Shown here: positions 38,625 through 50,952 of the stretch, in pieces | Layout: each line of letters begins with the position of its first letter | How positions within the stretch are numbered: position 1 is the stretch's first letter | The notes under the pieces: model-generated | What the model saw: the letters and a program-made list of their open reading frames with translations, nothing else | Told to the model about the DNA's origin: nothing | Databases searched by the model: none | Position numbers and translations under genes: made by a program | Source of the DNA: Carcharhinus longimanus | Taxonomy: Eukaryota | Length of the DNA: 64,000 bases | NCBI GenBank assembly: GCA_030264375.1 | Contig: JASCQW010000081.1 | Location: forward strand, 49,590,875 to 49,654,874 | Direction of reading: 5' to 3'

Positions 38625-38682
38625 CTTCTCTCTCTCTCTCTCTAGTCCCTCTCCTGTCTCTCGTCTCTCTCGCACACACACT
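38625..38682. repeat. (CT/GA)n-rich microsatellite in the FOXD3 5' UTR
   Basis: ctctctctctctctctct..ctctctcgcacacaca. Confidence 0.85.
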
Positions 38683-38859
38683 GTCTCAGCTGGCAGTCTC
38701 TTGCAGATCAGATGACAACGCTTTTTTTAATACAGGTCAAAGGGCTGTCAATAATAGTTACCTTTAACTTTTTGACAGCCTATTTCAACTTGCACATTGC
38801 AACTTATTCACTTTTTCCTGTATTTCCTCTCAATGTTTTTTTTAAAACGCTTTCAGACA

Positions 38860-38980
38860 CGCAGCTCTTTAGCTTTTTATGCCTCCTTTATATATATAAA
38901 AAGACTGTCTGAAGATTGTTTCAGTTAAAGATATACTCTCAGCTTTGTCACGTGAGGGACTAACGTCAGACTTCCCTCTG
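38860..38980 (-). promoter_or_regulatory. FOXD3: FOXD3 core promoter
   Basis: TTTATATATATAAA TATA element (38887-38900), E-box CACGTG (38949-38954) and half-CRE ACGTCA just upstream, about 330 bp from the ATG. Confidence 0.65.
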
Positions 38981-41900
38981 TTAAGCCATGCAAAACTCGA
39001 GTTATTTCATGTAATCGTCAACATAGATCCGGCCAAGACAACAGTAGCAGCACTCATTCCTACAAGCACCATTTCATCAAGATGCTCAAAGCATTCTTTG
39101 TCAATAAACTTGGTAGCAGAACAGAGCAAGAAGAGGCCTCAAATTATTTAATTGGGCGCATTTTTTACAGTTGCACTTTTTTGGCCAAATGCACAACTAT
39201 GTTAGGATGTTTGTTTATTAATTTTCCATTATTTCAAGGGCAGTTCCCCCTCCCAATCAGGCTATGAATATAACTGTTTTGATTAGTTATTAGAACAGCC
39301 GTATTAATGAACGTGACACTATTTAGTTTAGTAAATGTTGTGTAGATTGGCGTGACATTTGCTTTCTTTAGGAAGACAATGATCACTTTAATTTTCTTAC
39401 CATTGTCTTTTTTGACTTCACATTGACTTACCGTCAGGTATCAGGATCTAAGCGACATTTTTTTGTTAGAATGGCGATTTATAACTACATTGGATCGGTT
39501 GCCGCACATACAGCAAAACGGCTATTGATTAATCTGTTAGATTTAGAAAAGAAGGAACAAAAGTCGGTGTGTGTGGAGGGGGGGGGAGGAAGGGGGAGCA
39601 GAAAGATATGTGATAACAAAAGGATAGCTACAAATAAAGAACTTTGAACCAGGATGTGCAGAGGTGTTAACGAGCTAATCATCCCGACGTGTTAGCATAT
39701 GAAAAACTAGGAAATGGGAGAGAGTGGGTGAATGGGAACGAGCCATTCACAGCACTGAAGGTAAGCGTTTGTCTCAATCCTGTTCTCAGGAAAGACGATT
39801 TTTGAACCTGCAGCGTCGAAACTACTTTCCCAAACAAGTTTAACAGGAACTGACAACCGTCCTTTAAACAAAAGGCTAATTTCAACGCAATAATTCCTTC
39901 CTCAAAACAACACCTCGATGAAAATCTAGTGTCTTACTCTTTTTTTGGAAACACTGAAGTTTTCGCCTGTGAATATTAGGTTTAATTTATTTTTTTTTGT
40001 TTTGATCTGAGGTTGAAATCGAATTGATTTGTTTCCCAATTCCTCCTACTCAAATCAAAATATCTTTAAGTGACAAAAGAATCAATTATTCTTTCCACCC
40101 TCCTATTAAGACTAACAAAACCATGTGAATGGGTTTACGACATGTTTTCGATGGGAGGAATGAATAACCATTTAAACCTGACAGGGTTTCCCTGTGACAG
40201 AAAATGATATTATAAAACCGTGAGCGATTTCCCCACAGATCAAGCAACTGCTTGTCTCCATTTTAAAGATGCATTTTTCTGGCACTAGAATTTCACTTCG
40301 TTTTTGACACGGTTACCATTCTGTGTTACAATTTTATTTTACTTAAAGCGGGTTCCCGAACTGTCAACGTTGCGGCGTTTCAGTGCAAACGAAACGATAA
40401 CATTTTGTAACGGCATCTGCCCTTATTTTTGTAGAAATTAGATACTATTTGCTCCAATTAATAAACTGCAATTAAGATGTATAGCTTAGTGTGTTTTTAA
40501 CAAGTGCCGAATCCAAGCGAATTAAGTTATGTTATACAATGATTGAGGACAGGCAAGATTGAAGCTAGCGGGGGGGGTGGTGGGGGCGAGGGGTGCGGGG
40601 GGCNNNNNNNNNNNTGGACTTTGATTGTGTGCTTGTAAATTGGCTGGAAGTGACTGTTTGTTGGTTGCTGTTTCCATTTGTATAAGTGCGGATGAGCATC
40701 TCCGTTTACAAACCACTTTGTTTTCTCGTTTGTTTACTTCTTCGAGGTCCGACTGCCACAATCAAAACTTTTTTTAAAAAAAGACAATAAATGATTCAAA
40801 CAAACTCTTAATACAATCTGATTTTCGCCAGTATAGACAAGCAAGTCTCCTGGATGTGTGTATGTGTGTGATTTAAACATTTCCCGTTCTTACTCGTTAT
40901 AATGATACGATCAACTTTCTATGTCACATTTGACCAAAATCGTGCACATTCGGCCGCTGAAAACGATGGGCTTTTAACTGTTGAGGCAGAATACTGATTT
41001 TAGTGTAATCAGGGAGCAGGAGAGGTTACTGTAACAGGGGGTTCTATAATCACTCTTTAAACAGGCTACGTTGGTAGGCTAACCATCTTTGCCGCAATTC
41101 GCCACACAAAGTGTCATTTTTTTCATGTTTCTTTCTCTGTATGCCGTCTTCCTGTTTGAATGTGGGGTTCAAAAAAGTTCCACAATAAAACGATGACAGT
41201 GCCTTTGTCTGATTTCCAGATGAATTAAATGTTCCCAGAGTCTGGAATGCAGCTGCAAAATAAGATAGTGATTTCATTTCTGAGTACTATTTGATTTTTT
41301 TTTGAAAAGACTCTTACATGCGACCATCTGCGCAGTAGCTTTCAATTGCGATCATCCTCCTGGTCGGAAGAACATGGTTAAGAGGGAGTATAAAATGCCG
41401 TCTTTGTTCCAAAAACATCATCCTATTTATTTCTGATGATCTTCTTAACTCTCAGTGGAGTTGGGCGGGGAAATAAAGAAAAACAACCACAGATCGCAGG
41501 TCCCTTTGATGCGTATTTCTTAAACACAATAAAAGTCAAATTAATTAAATCATACCATTAATTATGACCCTTAGCGTGAAAAGGATTGTTTCCCCTCGAT
41601 TAGGGATGTATTGTGCTAATCCCCGTGTTGACACAGAGAACTGTCTGTTCTGCAATCATTTCTATAGAAAGACTTTCTAGGCCAATTTAGCAAATCTTAA
41701 TTAGGCATGTTTAGAGTGAAATAGTGATTTGGATATCAGAGCGGTTTTTTCAATTCTACTCTGTCATTTCAAGAAACAACCCGGAATTCTAGAATGACAT
41801 GATCCAAGTTAGCACCAAAGACACACGTGGATTGAAACCATCGCTCCAATTCTCATTTGCGAAACGAAGCGGCAAAACCGATAAACTTTAAGCGTCAACT

Positions 41901-42219
41901 TACCCCCCCCCCCTCACTCCACCTCCCACATATTCCTCCCACCCACATTATGTGCTGTTGATAAAAGGGAATCAGCTGGCAGCAGCTCCCAGTAGCTGGG
42001 TGTATGGAGGGTGTTCGGGCCCTGGGCCTTGTGACAGCTTTACCCAGATACTGGGGCTCGGAAGAGAGCATTTCAGTGAGTAAGGGGCTTGGGCTCCACT
42101 TCCAGGAGTTCCAGTGAGGGCCCAACTGAGGAAATATCTGCATCTCATCCCAAACCCTGACAGGCGCTGCACCAGGACGCCTCCTTTGTGTCCCCCAGTT
42201 CTTGAGACGTGTTCCTCAC

Positions 42220-42416
42220 CTTTGAGATAACAAGAGGATACGGCCCTTCATGGTTCTCCTGCACAGAGACATTTGTCAGGGGGAGCCAGAGGTTGTCTGT
42301 AACGGTGATGATGACGTCCACATGTGTATAGTGACCCTGGTTTTGGTCCCCCATGTCTTTAACTTGTACCCTCAGGATATACTCGTTAATACGGCTCGGG
42401 TCCAACAGTTCAGCAC
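42220..42416 (-). CDS. isolated cadherin exon, CDH16 (Ksp-cadherin)/CDH17-like, 197 bp
   Basis: atttacag|GAELLDPSRINEYILRVQVKDMGDQNQGHYTHVDVIITVTDNLWLPLTNVSVQENHEGPYPLVISK|gtgagg; VQVKDMGDQ-GH resembles CDH16; no other cadherin exons seen in the window. Confidence 0.85.
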
Positions 42417-42549
42417 CTGTAAATATCAGAGACAAAAGTATTAGTCTTCCGCAAGAAATGGACAACACGAAAGCTGGAACAATCCTCTGAAAGGAGATTG
42501 GATGGAGGTGTTTAAAACCACAACAAGATTAGACAGAGTAAAGGAGGAG

Positions 42550-42869
42550 AACAAGGAACAAAGTCCAGCACAGGAACAGGCCCTTCGGCCCTCCAAGCCT
42601 GTGCTGATCATGATGCCCTAACTAAACTGAGAAAAACCTCCTGCCCTGACCTGGTGCATGTCCCTCCCTATTCATCTACCCATCCAGATACCTCTTAATG
42701 TTACCAATGTGCCTGCTTCCATCACCTCCTCTGGCAGCACGTCCCAGGCACCCACCGATCTCTGTGTGAAAAACTTCCCCCGCACATAGAACATAAAACA
42801 TAGAACATAGAACATTACAGCGCAGAACAGGCCCTTCGGCCCACGATGTTGCGCCGACCAGTTAAAACA
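42550..42869 (-). mobile_element. two stacked CR1/HER1 LINE 3' ends
   Basis: Minus-strand RGKFFTQRSVGAWDVLPEEVMEAGT, (catagaa)n tail and ggcccttcggccc motifs. Confidence 0.85.
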
Positions 42870-45800
42870 NNNNNNNNNNNNNNNNNNNNNNNNNNNNNNN
42901 NNNNNNNNNNNNNNNNNNNNNNNNNNNNNNNNNNNNNNNNNNNNNNNNNNNNNNNNNNNNNNNNNNNNNTTTGCGAAACGAAGCGGAAAAACCGAGTAAC
43001 TTGAAGCCTCAACGTACCCCCCCCCCCCCCTCACTCCACCGTCCGACCCCCACCGCCACCCCCAGAAATTGGGACCCGGCAAATAATAAATAAGATGCTC
43101 CTTTCTCCTCCCCAACTCGCAACGACCTGATTTCGATTTCACAGCGTCCATAATCTTATTTAATTTCAGGTCGCTAATGAGAAGCAGCAAAGCTCTGAGC
43201 GGAGCTGGGCGTCACAGATCCCTTTTAAAATAATAACAAGATCCTGAGCATATCTTCCTAATAGGAACCGGCACCTAATCCAGTCAAGATGGTGTAGAGA
43301 GATGGAAGAAGGGGCAGAAGAATGGAATGAAGAGCGATGTGAAAAGCCTATATCCATAAAAAAAAGGAATGCAAACAAAAACGTCGGGAAATTTTAAAAA
43401 GGGAGCTCATATAAATTAACGGAAATAATATGAGCCATATGAAGGGAAGGAATATTATTACTGCAGTAATTTATTTTCGCTCCCCCCCCCCCACGCATAC
43501 GCTGTCTTTTGAATTGAACTAAAATACACTTGTCCGCCTTTTACTAATACCCCAGTTAAATAGAGCCAAGATTTGGACCCATCTGACGGGATTGCGATCA
43601 GATGTCAGTCGAACACGGCATCCCTAAGGCTGTGGTTGTCAGGGTCTAATCGCTTTACACACAACACGGGAATGGTATCAAAGACGTCCTATTTCCACCT
43701 TAAACCCTATTAGCCTCTCCCGGTGAATTATGTAAGATTTCGACCTTACACTTGGATTATTAAAGGAGAAATCCCATTATGCTGCACGCGGCAGCAAGAG
43801 GGGAGGTGAGTTGAGGGGAAATATTCTTCCCGCCTTCAATATGTGGCCTGCCAGCAAACTTCGACTACACAAGGTGCAATACCGACGAACAAAATGTATC
43901 TTGCGTTCAGGTGATGGGATTACAGCCTGTCAACCAACTATTGGAAATATTAACGGCGCTAATATCACCCACACAAACAGCTGGGAAAGAGCAGAGTCTT
44001 ACCTGTGGCATTCTCCTCTCACACTCCTCGCATATCCAGTAAAATCAATACATTTACTAGCCGTCTAACTGAAACCAGTAACAGCATCAAAGCTTTTTGG
44101 CCAACTATCTGGATCACAATAATCCCCCGTCCTATTAATATCACTTTCACTCATTTTTCGACACTGTTCAGAGAGCGGTGGCAAATTTAATTGGCTTCTT
44201 TAAAAATTATAATATATATAATATAAATACCAAATTCCAGCTAACAGGAGGTGTTTGTATTGTAATTTTTCACGACATGTTGGGATAAATTGATTCAAGT
44301 ATCTTGGCAACAATATTGCAGAGCGCTGTCTTTATTATTTATCTCTTTCTCAAGGCAGTAAAATTGCTTGCATTTATTTAAATCTCCAATTAACTATAAT
44401 AAGACGAGGGAAATGGCAAAACAGAATATTTCATCTATATGTACGCTGTAACTTAACCAATTAAGACGATGAAGGGGAGGGGGCAAAAACTGCGGGTGAT
44501 AATGGATAGGAAAAAGTAAGTAGGATAACTCCAATTTATACAAATCAAACAGTGCTTAATAAAAAGGCAACTCGTTTAATTAAAGGTTCAAAGAATTCGG
44601 ATCCAGCATTTGGACAGCGTTTAGAATGCGAGTGAAATTCGTGATGAATTAATGGCATTGTTGGCGTGCTCTTAATTATAGTTATTATGTTAATTATTTT
44701 ACATTAGCATGAAGTTATCAGCATGTCAGGTTTAATCAAAATGCAGCGTTCTGCAGAAAACTGTTCTTTTATTCTGCGATGTGAAAATCTACACCATGCG
44801 GGTTTATTGTTTAAAGGTATAAAAAATGACTTTTTATTGAAAGAAATGTTTAATTTGGTTTCGTACGGTCTGGTCACATGTAGCCCGCAGGCTCCAGCTC
44901 CTAAAAGGGCTGGATTCGCTATTATCACCCCCTTTAGGAACCTACTCCATCAACGTGTAACTCTCTGTCAAACAACATGAAGTTGCTCATTTTTATCTGT
45001 TGATATTTTTTTGCAAATCCGACGGCGGGCAGCCCTGCTTTCACAAGCAGGGAGAGGTGGTCGGAACAAAAGAGATATTCAATGGCACTGTCAGTGTGTT
45101 CTCAAGGTTTGCTCACAAAGCGTCAGGGCGAATTTTAATATCCAGACATGACTCCTGTATTGAGCACCTATAATTAAGAGGGGGGAAAATATCGACAAAC
45201 ATAAAGCAATTTATAATTTAAAACGTCTAAATATCATTGCTGCAGTCACTTGCACGTTTACACACTCAGATCAGTTTTTGTATACTAATAAACCTTGATC
45301 CATCGTTTTAATGACATCGAAATCCATGTTACCTCTCCCGCAGTACCTGTCGACATTTACGATTTTAACCAGCAAAGTGTATCATAATCAATATAAAATA
45401 TAAAATGGCCTCTCTTTTAAATTGTACACTACCTTCACGCGGATTCCCAGTGTGTGATCATTTAGTTTTATTTGCTGCTAACTTGCCACTGTATGAACTC
45501 CGGAGGTGTCAGTGAGTAAGAGACGAGAGATCAGTGAAGGCGGCCAGACCTCCAGAAAAGGGTTCACCACTGAGACCTGACACAAGCAGAATTAACCGAT
45601 ATTGCCGAGATTGGATGCCGAGAAAATAGCGATCGCATTCTACAGCTTGTACTATGGAGATTTTTATTTTAAGATTCTTTTGCCAGTTATTTCTCCAATT
45701 ATAGCTTGTACCTTTGATTTTTTTTTGCACCTTGGCAGAGAAGTCCCAAGTTCAAATTGTTCTTTGCACTAAAATTCAACCCTGCGAATTACACCTGCTC

Positions 45801-47934
45801 TTCAACTTTATTTCCAGAAGTTTATTATGAGCCCTCTTCCTTGGGTTTGAAAAATACATTTTCTCCCATTTGAAATAACACTTCTCAGATCATCTGAAGA
45901 CCAGGTCAAAGTCATCGCTTTATTTGACAATTACTTCTTCTTAATAAGGGGAATTAACAGATTATTTTTGGGAGGGGGGTGTGTGGCGGAGGAGGACCGG
46001 CACTTTTCCTGTTCACTTTTTATCTATGAACTGTTTTATTGCAGTGTAAGATGGCTCAGTGGAAATTGAACCATTTCATCTCAAAATACATCAAACTTTT
46101 TTTTGAATGGACGGTTCTCACCTACAAATACACGGGCTCGGTATAACGCTTATGTGTGAAGTTTCAAGAAAGGCGGAAGGAAATATCTTGTTTCTGACAA
46201 TGCCAATTTCCTTAAAATATACATGATGCGAACTAAAGGTTCACATTCGGTCAGCAATACTGATGAAATAGTAAAGACAGCACACTGGAAACTACTCGCA
46301 TCTCGTCGATGTATTTGCAGTCTGGTGTATCATTGTCCATATGTTTCCCGCATATATTATGGTAATTTTATGTTCTTTTTTTCTTAGACATTTTGTTGTA
46401 ACTGAAGATAAGACACGTTCACGGAAATATTGACGGGAACTTTGTGTGTATGTGTATGTGTGTGTTTTTTTTAGCTCTGCCTCCCTGAACTGCCGAAACA
46501 GTAGAAATCAAAGGCGAGATCATCATTGGGTCAAGAGGCCCCAGGAACAGCAGAGTGATCGAACCGGCTTTGAACCAATGGTCCGGTTTTATCGGCTGGT
46601 TCTGGCAGGATTCCGAGATGGCGAGGAGTTCCACTGTCCAGTCTCTCCGCTGTCTCTCCAGGCACACAGAGCACCTGCGCATCGGCTAAATTGCTATACT
46701 CGGCCACCTCCTATTGCCGGTGAAGTTTGTAACTTCCTAACAACACAAGAAATGATGCCTTTCCTGTCAGCTATTTCAGAAATGTGAACTAATTCAGAAG
46801 TTCCACCGCTCCTCAGCGAAGGCACTTTCTAAATGCAGCTGTGTACTGGTTCACGCAACTCCACTTGGACTCAGTGCTGACACTTCTCCATGTCTTGACC
46901 GACCCACTTATCCCAAACCTTTGCCTTTCCGTTTTATATGAATCAAATAAGTTACAATAAGAGATCTTTTCTCCTATAGGGCAATATTCATCCAAAGGAC
47001 AGATCTGATCTTAAAAAAAAAGCAACAGCGGGGTGCATTGTATTTGCTTTTGTCTATTGTGTAGATTCGTTTTTAACATGTGACCGGTATGTTTACTGTT
47101 TAAACAATGTGTGTGTAGCCAAAACTGATTTAAATATATTATGAAGCAGCTCTATAATACTGCATAAAAAGTGATGGACCTGTTCTAGATGGTATGGCAT
47201 GCAACAGTGTCATTACAAAGTCCAGGGGCAGGGATGCCACTCATTGACACGGTGAGACTGAGAAATTTACTTCTGTGCCACGACTTTTGATTTTTTGCAC
47301 CATCCAAGGCATAATAGCCGGTAGATAATCATGTCACTTCTTAACTTCGTTGATCCACCGCCCTTCTGTAATTTTCAGGCACTTTAAAACCCAATATTGA
47401 CATTAGAGAACCAATGCTTTTTCAATTATCTTTTCTGCTGTTTGTTTTAAATTTATTGCTTACCTACAGCACACAGACTGCAAGAAGATGGCTCAACGCC
47501 ATTGAGATGGGCCATATAGGCTGCTCTTGACATCAACGCCTACATCACACGTACAAATAAAATATTGGTGTGCTGCATGAAGAATTCTGGCCCTACGTAC
47601 ACCTAGATGTCCANNNNNNNNNNNNNNNCTTATACCATCTTGTGTGTCAACATATAGAGAGGGAATAAGTGTGACAAGCATGCTTTTCGAGTCATAATGC
47701 AGTTATTGGTTTCAATGAAGAATACACATGTACATAGAATCAACTGAAGTGTCAGGGGCAGAAGTTTGACTGGCATCAGTATTTAAGTAGAAGATCTAGT
47801 TTGACACTTCAGTCCAGCACTGAGGTTCACTGCATTACCGGAGCTGGCTTTTGGTTGGAAGGTTAAACCAAGACTTCATCTGTCTCTTCTGGTGATTCCT
47901 GTGAATATTAAAGATCACTTGGTGGTACAGAACT

Positions 47935-48750
47935 TGAGTATTGCTGAAAAAAAAGAGACAGGCTGTTGAATTTTTTGTCTTGCACTCATTAGAACAGATT
48001 GAAGAGTGCCAAAATTCAAATGGAACAACAATGTATACTGCATGATAAAAGGGGTGCTCACTGGTTGGCCAGCTAAGTTTTGGTTAGTTGAAGCATCACC
48101 ATGGGAAATGCATCAAAGAATTATGTGGCTTACTTATATTTTCTAGAAGCTGCGTATAATCATACATTGAGATCAGTTCTCTGCGGGCAAAAAGGGCAGC
48201 TTTGTGGCACAGTCATTAGCAATGCTGCCTCACAGTGCCAGGGACCAAAGTTCAATTCCTGCCTTGGGTCACTGTCTGTGTGGAGTTTGCACATTCTCCC
48301 ATGTCTCTGTGGATTTTTTCCGAGTGTTCCAGTTTCCTCCCACACTCCAATTATGTGCAGGTTAAGTTGATTGGCCATGCAAAATTGCCCCTTAGTGTCA
48401 GGGGGATTAGCAGGGTAAATACATGGGTTTACAAGGATAGGACCTGGGTGGGATTGTTGTCGGTGCAGGCTTGATGGGCCAAATGGCCTCCTTCTGCACC
48501 TTAGGAATTCTAAGATTCTAAGAATATGTCAAGGCATTGTACTTCATTTGAATTAAACAAATTCATGGTGCATTCTGGCGCATTCTCTATGGAAATAGCT
48601 TTACCAACCAAAGTTGACTTGCGAACAAATTAGTATTCTTTTCTCATGCAGTAGAAACTGTTCCTCCTTTGAAATCTGGCATTCTTGAATCTGTCCTGAT
48701 GAGTGCAAGATGAAAATCTTCAATAGCCTGTCTCCTTTTCAGCAGTATTA
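47935..48750. mobile_element. palindromic Penelope-type non-autonomous element with ~190 bp inverted arms and hammerhead-like motifs
   Basis: 47935-48120 is the diverged reverse complement of 48560-48750; CTGATGA-gtgcaagat-GAAA at 48696-48715. Confidence 0.7.
48194..48523 (+). mobile_element. HE1-type V-SINE nested in the palindromic element
   Basis: Head, V core and CR1-like tail as in 27652-27980. Confidence 0.9.
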
Positions 48751-49319
48751 AAGATTTTTGGAAACTTTCAACAAGAGCATGGTGATCAGGCCAGCATTTC
48801 TACATTTGCACAAAGCAAATTAATGCATCATTCATCCTGTTTACTATTTGTGGTACTTTGCTATGTGCAAGTTGGTGGCTTCATTTTCCTATATGACAAC
48901 ATTGACTACATTTCAAATGTTAATTCATAAGGAAGCAATTAAGGACCTATTAGAGATGACAATAAGTTGCTATATAACTGCAGGTTCTTTCTTCCTAAAT
49001 GTTGCACAGCAATTGGATTGAAATAGAAGTTTGACACATGAGCCTATCAACTCGCTGTGCCATTGAGCTTTATGATATAAGGTTCAATGTTTGCACAATA
49101 TGACATCCAGTGGGTCCCAAGGTGATTTCTAATTATATTGTTGATAGACAAAAACATGTGCCATTATCCCTCTACCCAGTTTACCGATGCACTATCAGTG
49201 TAATACCAATCCGTTCATAGTTGACCTCATATTTGATGATATGTCATAGCACATGCTGGTCCTGTCATATCCTCCACTCATTCCGTAGATCAGTGAACAT
49301 CCATGATGCATGATTTTAC

Positions 49320-49845
49320 ACATTTACTTTTATAAGGAAGTTATGGTGAACCTTAATAGAACATTGATTAGGTCTTTACCAGAGTAACTCTGGCATCACA
49401 AAAGATTTATGAGAATGTTTCCAGGTGTGAGAAACTTCAGTTATGAGGCTAGACTGAAGAGGCATAAGTTGTTTTCCTGAGGGAAGATTGAGAGGAGATT
49501 TGGCAGAAGTTTCCAAAATTATGGAGAAATTGTTTCTTATGGCAGAAGGGTCAAGAATCAGAGGACACCAATTTAAGGTGATTGGCGAAAGAACCAAAGG
49601 CAACATGAGGATAAACATTTTTTACAGAGAATGATTGGGATCTGGAATGTACTGCCTGAGAGAATGGTGAAGATAAGCTCAGTCACTTTTCAAAGAGAAT
49701 AGGATAAATATGTGAAGAGAAAAAAATACAGAGTGCTGTGAAAGGGCAGTGGAGTGCAACAAACTGAGTTGCACATGCAGAGAGCCAGCATAGGCATGAA
49801 GGGCCAAATTGCCTCTTTCTGTGCTGTTATCATTCTACGATTCTT
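49320..49845 (+). mobile_element. degenerate CR1 LINE 3' part
   Basis: agaggacaccaatttaaggtgattggc, tggaatgtactgcctgag, gggccaaattgcctctttctgtgctgt. Confidence 0.8.
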
Positions 49846-49904
49846 TATTGTTGTCTCTTAAATCCTTCTTTTGTATAATTCCATGTTTAACTCCCTCTAA
49901 CCAT

Positions 49905-50952
49905 GTTTCCACTCCTTCACTGCACTGAAACAGTCATTATCAAAATCACAAAATATATCCTATATGTCTGCAATCATGGTAAACTATCACTCCTCATTAT
50001 CCTTGACCTGTCTGCAGCCATGACAAGGTTAACTTCTCTGTCATCATCCAGCTGTAATTGCCTGATTCTATTCCCGTCTGCCCAGTCATAGCTATACAAT
50101 CACCTGAAATGGCTTCTCTTCCACCCCAACATAGTTACCGCTGGAGTCTCACAAGAAACTATCTTTGACCCGCTCTATTTCTCATCCAGATATTGCCTCT
50201 TGGCAATGTTATTCAAACACAATGTCATGTTCCACATGCACACCAAAGTTTTCGCATACCATGGCCAGTGTCAACCTCTCCACTGCCTCTGATTTATCAC
50301 ATTGCTGTTCTGAAGGGTTGAACAGAAATTTTCTCCAATTAAGTATTGGAAGCCAAAAGCCAGTGTCTTTGGTCCCTATCACAATCTCCATTTCTTAGCC
50401 AACTATTCAATCTCTCTCCTGGTCACTGTCACAGGCTGAATTGGCAATGGTGTTCTATTTGAAACAGGGATCAGTTTCAAAGCCATAATCTCTTCATCAT
50501 CAGACTGCTTACTTTCACTTCTGTAATTTCACCCATCTTCATCACTTAGCTAATGCCTTGCTGAAACCCAAATTCATACCTTTGTTTCCAATGCCCTCCT
50601 GTCTTCTCTCTCATCTTGCAACTCTGGAAACTTGTATTCATTCAAAGTTCTGCTTCCCATATCCTAATTGGCATCAAGTCCCCTTCACCCATCACTGCTG
50701 CGCTCACTGTTCAAGGTCTGGCAAAATTTCTCTTTTAAAACTCCTGTAATTATTTTCAATTACAATTCTAACCTCAGCCTTCTGCCTTTTTGCATCTCTT
50801 TCTTAATACTTTCCTTATGACGTACCTCTTGGAACAAGCTTTTGATCACCTGTTCTAATTGCTCCTTATATGATTTGTTTGTTAATGCTCATATGAAACA
50901 CCTTGGACTTTTTAATTACACAAAAATGCCACATGAATGTAAGTTGTTGTTG
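49905..50952 (+). mobile_element. degenerate L2-clade LINE (RT to 3' tail)
   Basis: HCTETVIIKIT..SLLIILDLSAA RT motif; tail aatgtaagttgttgttg. Confidence 0.8.
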
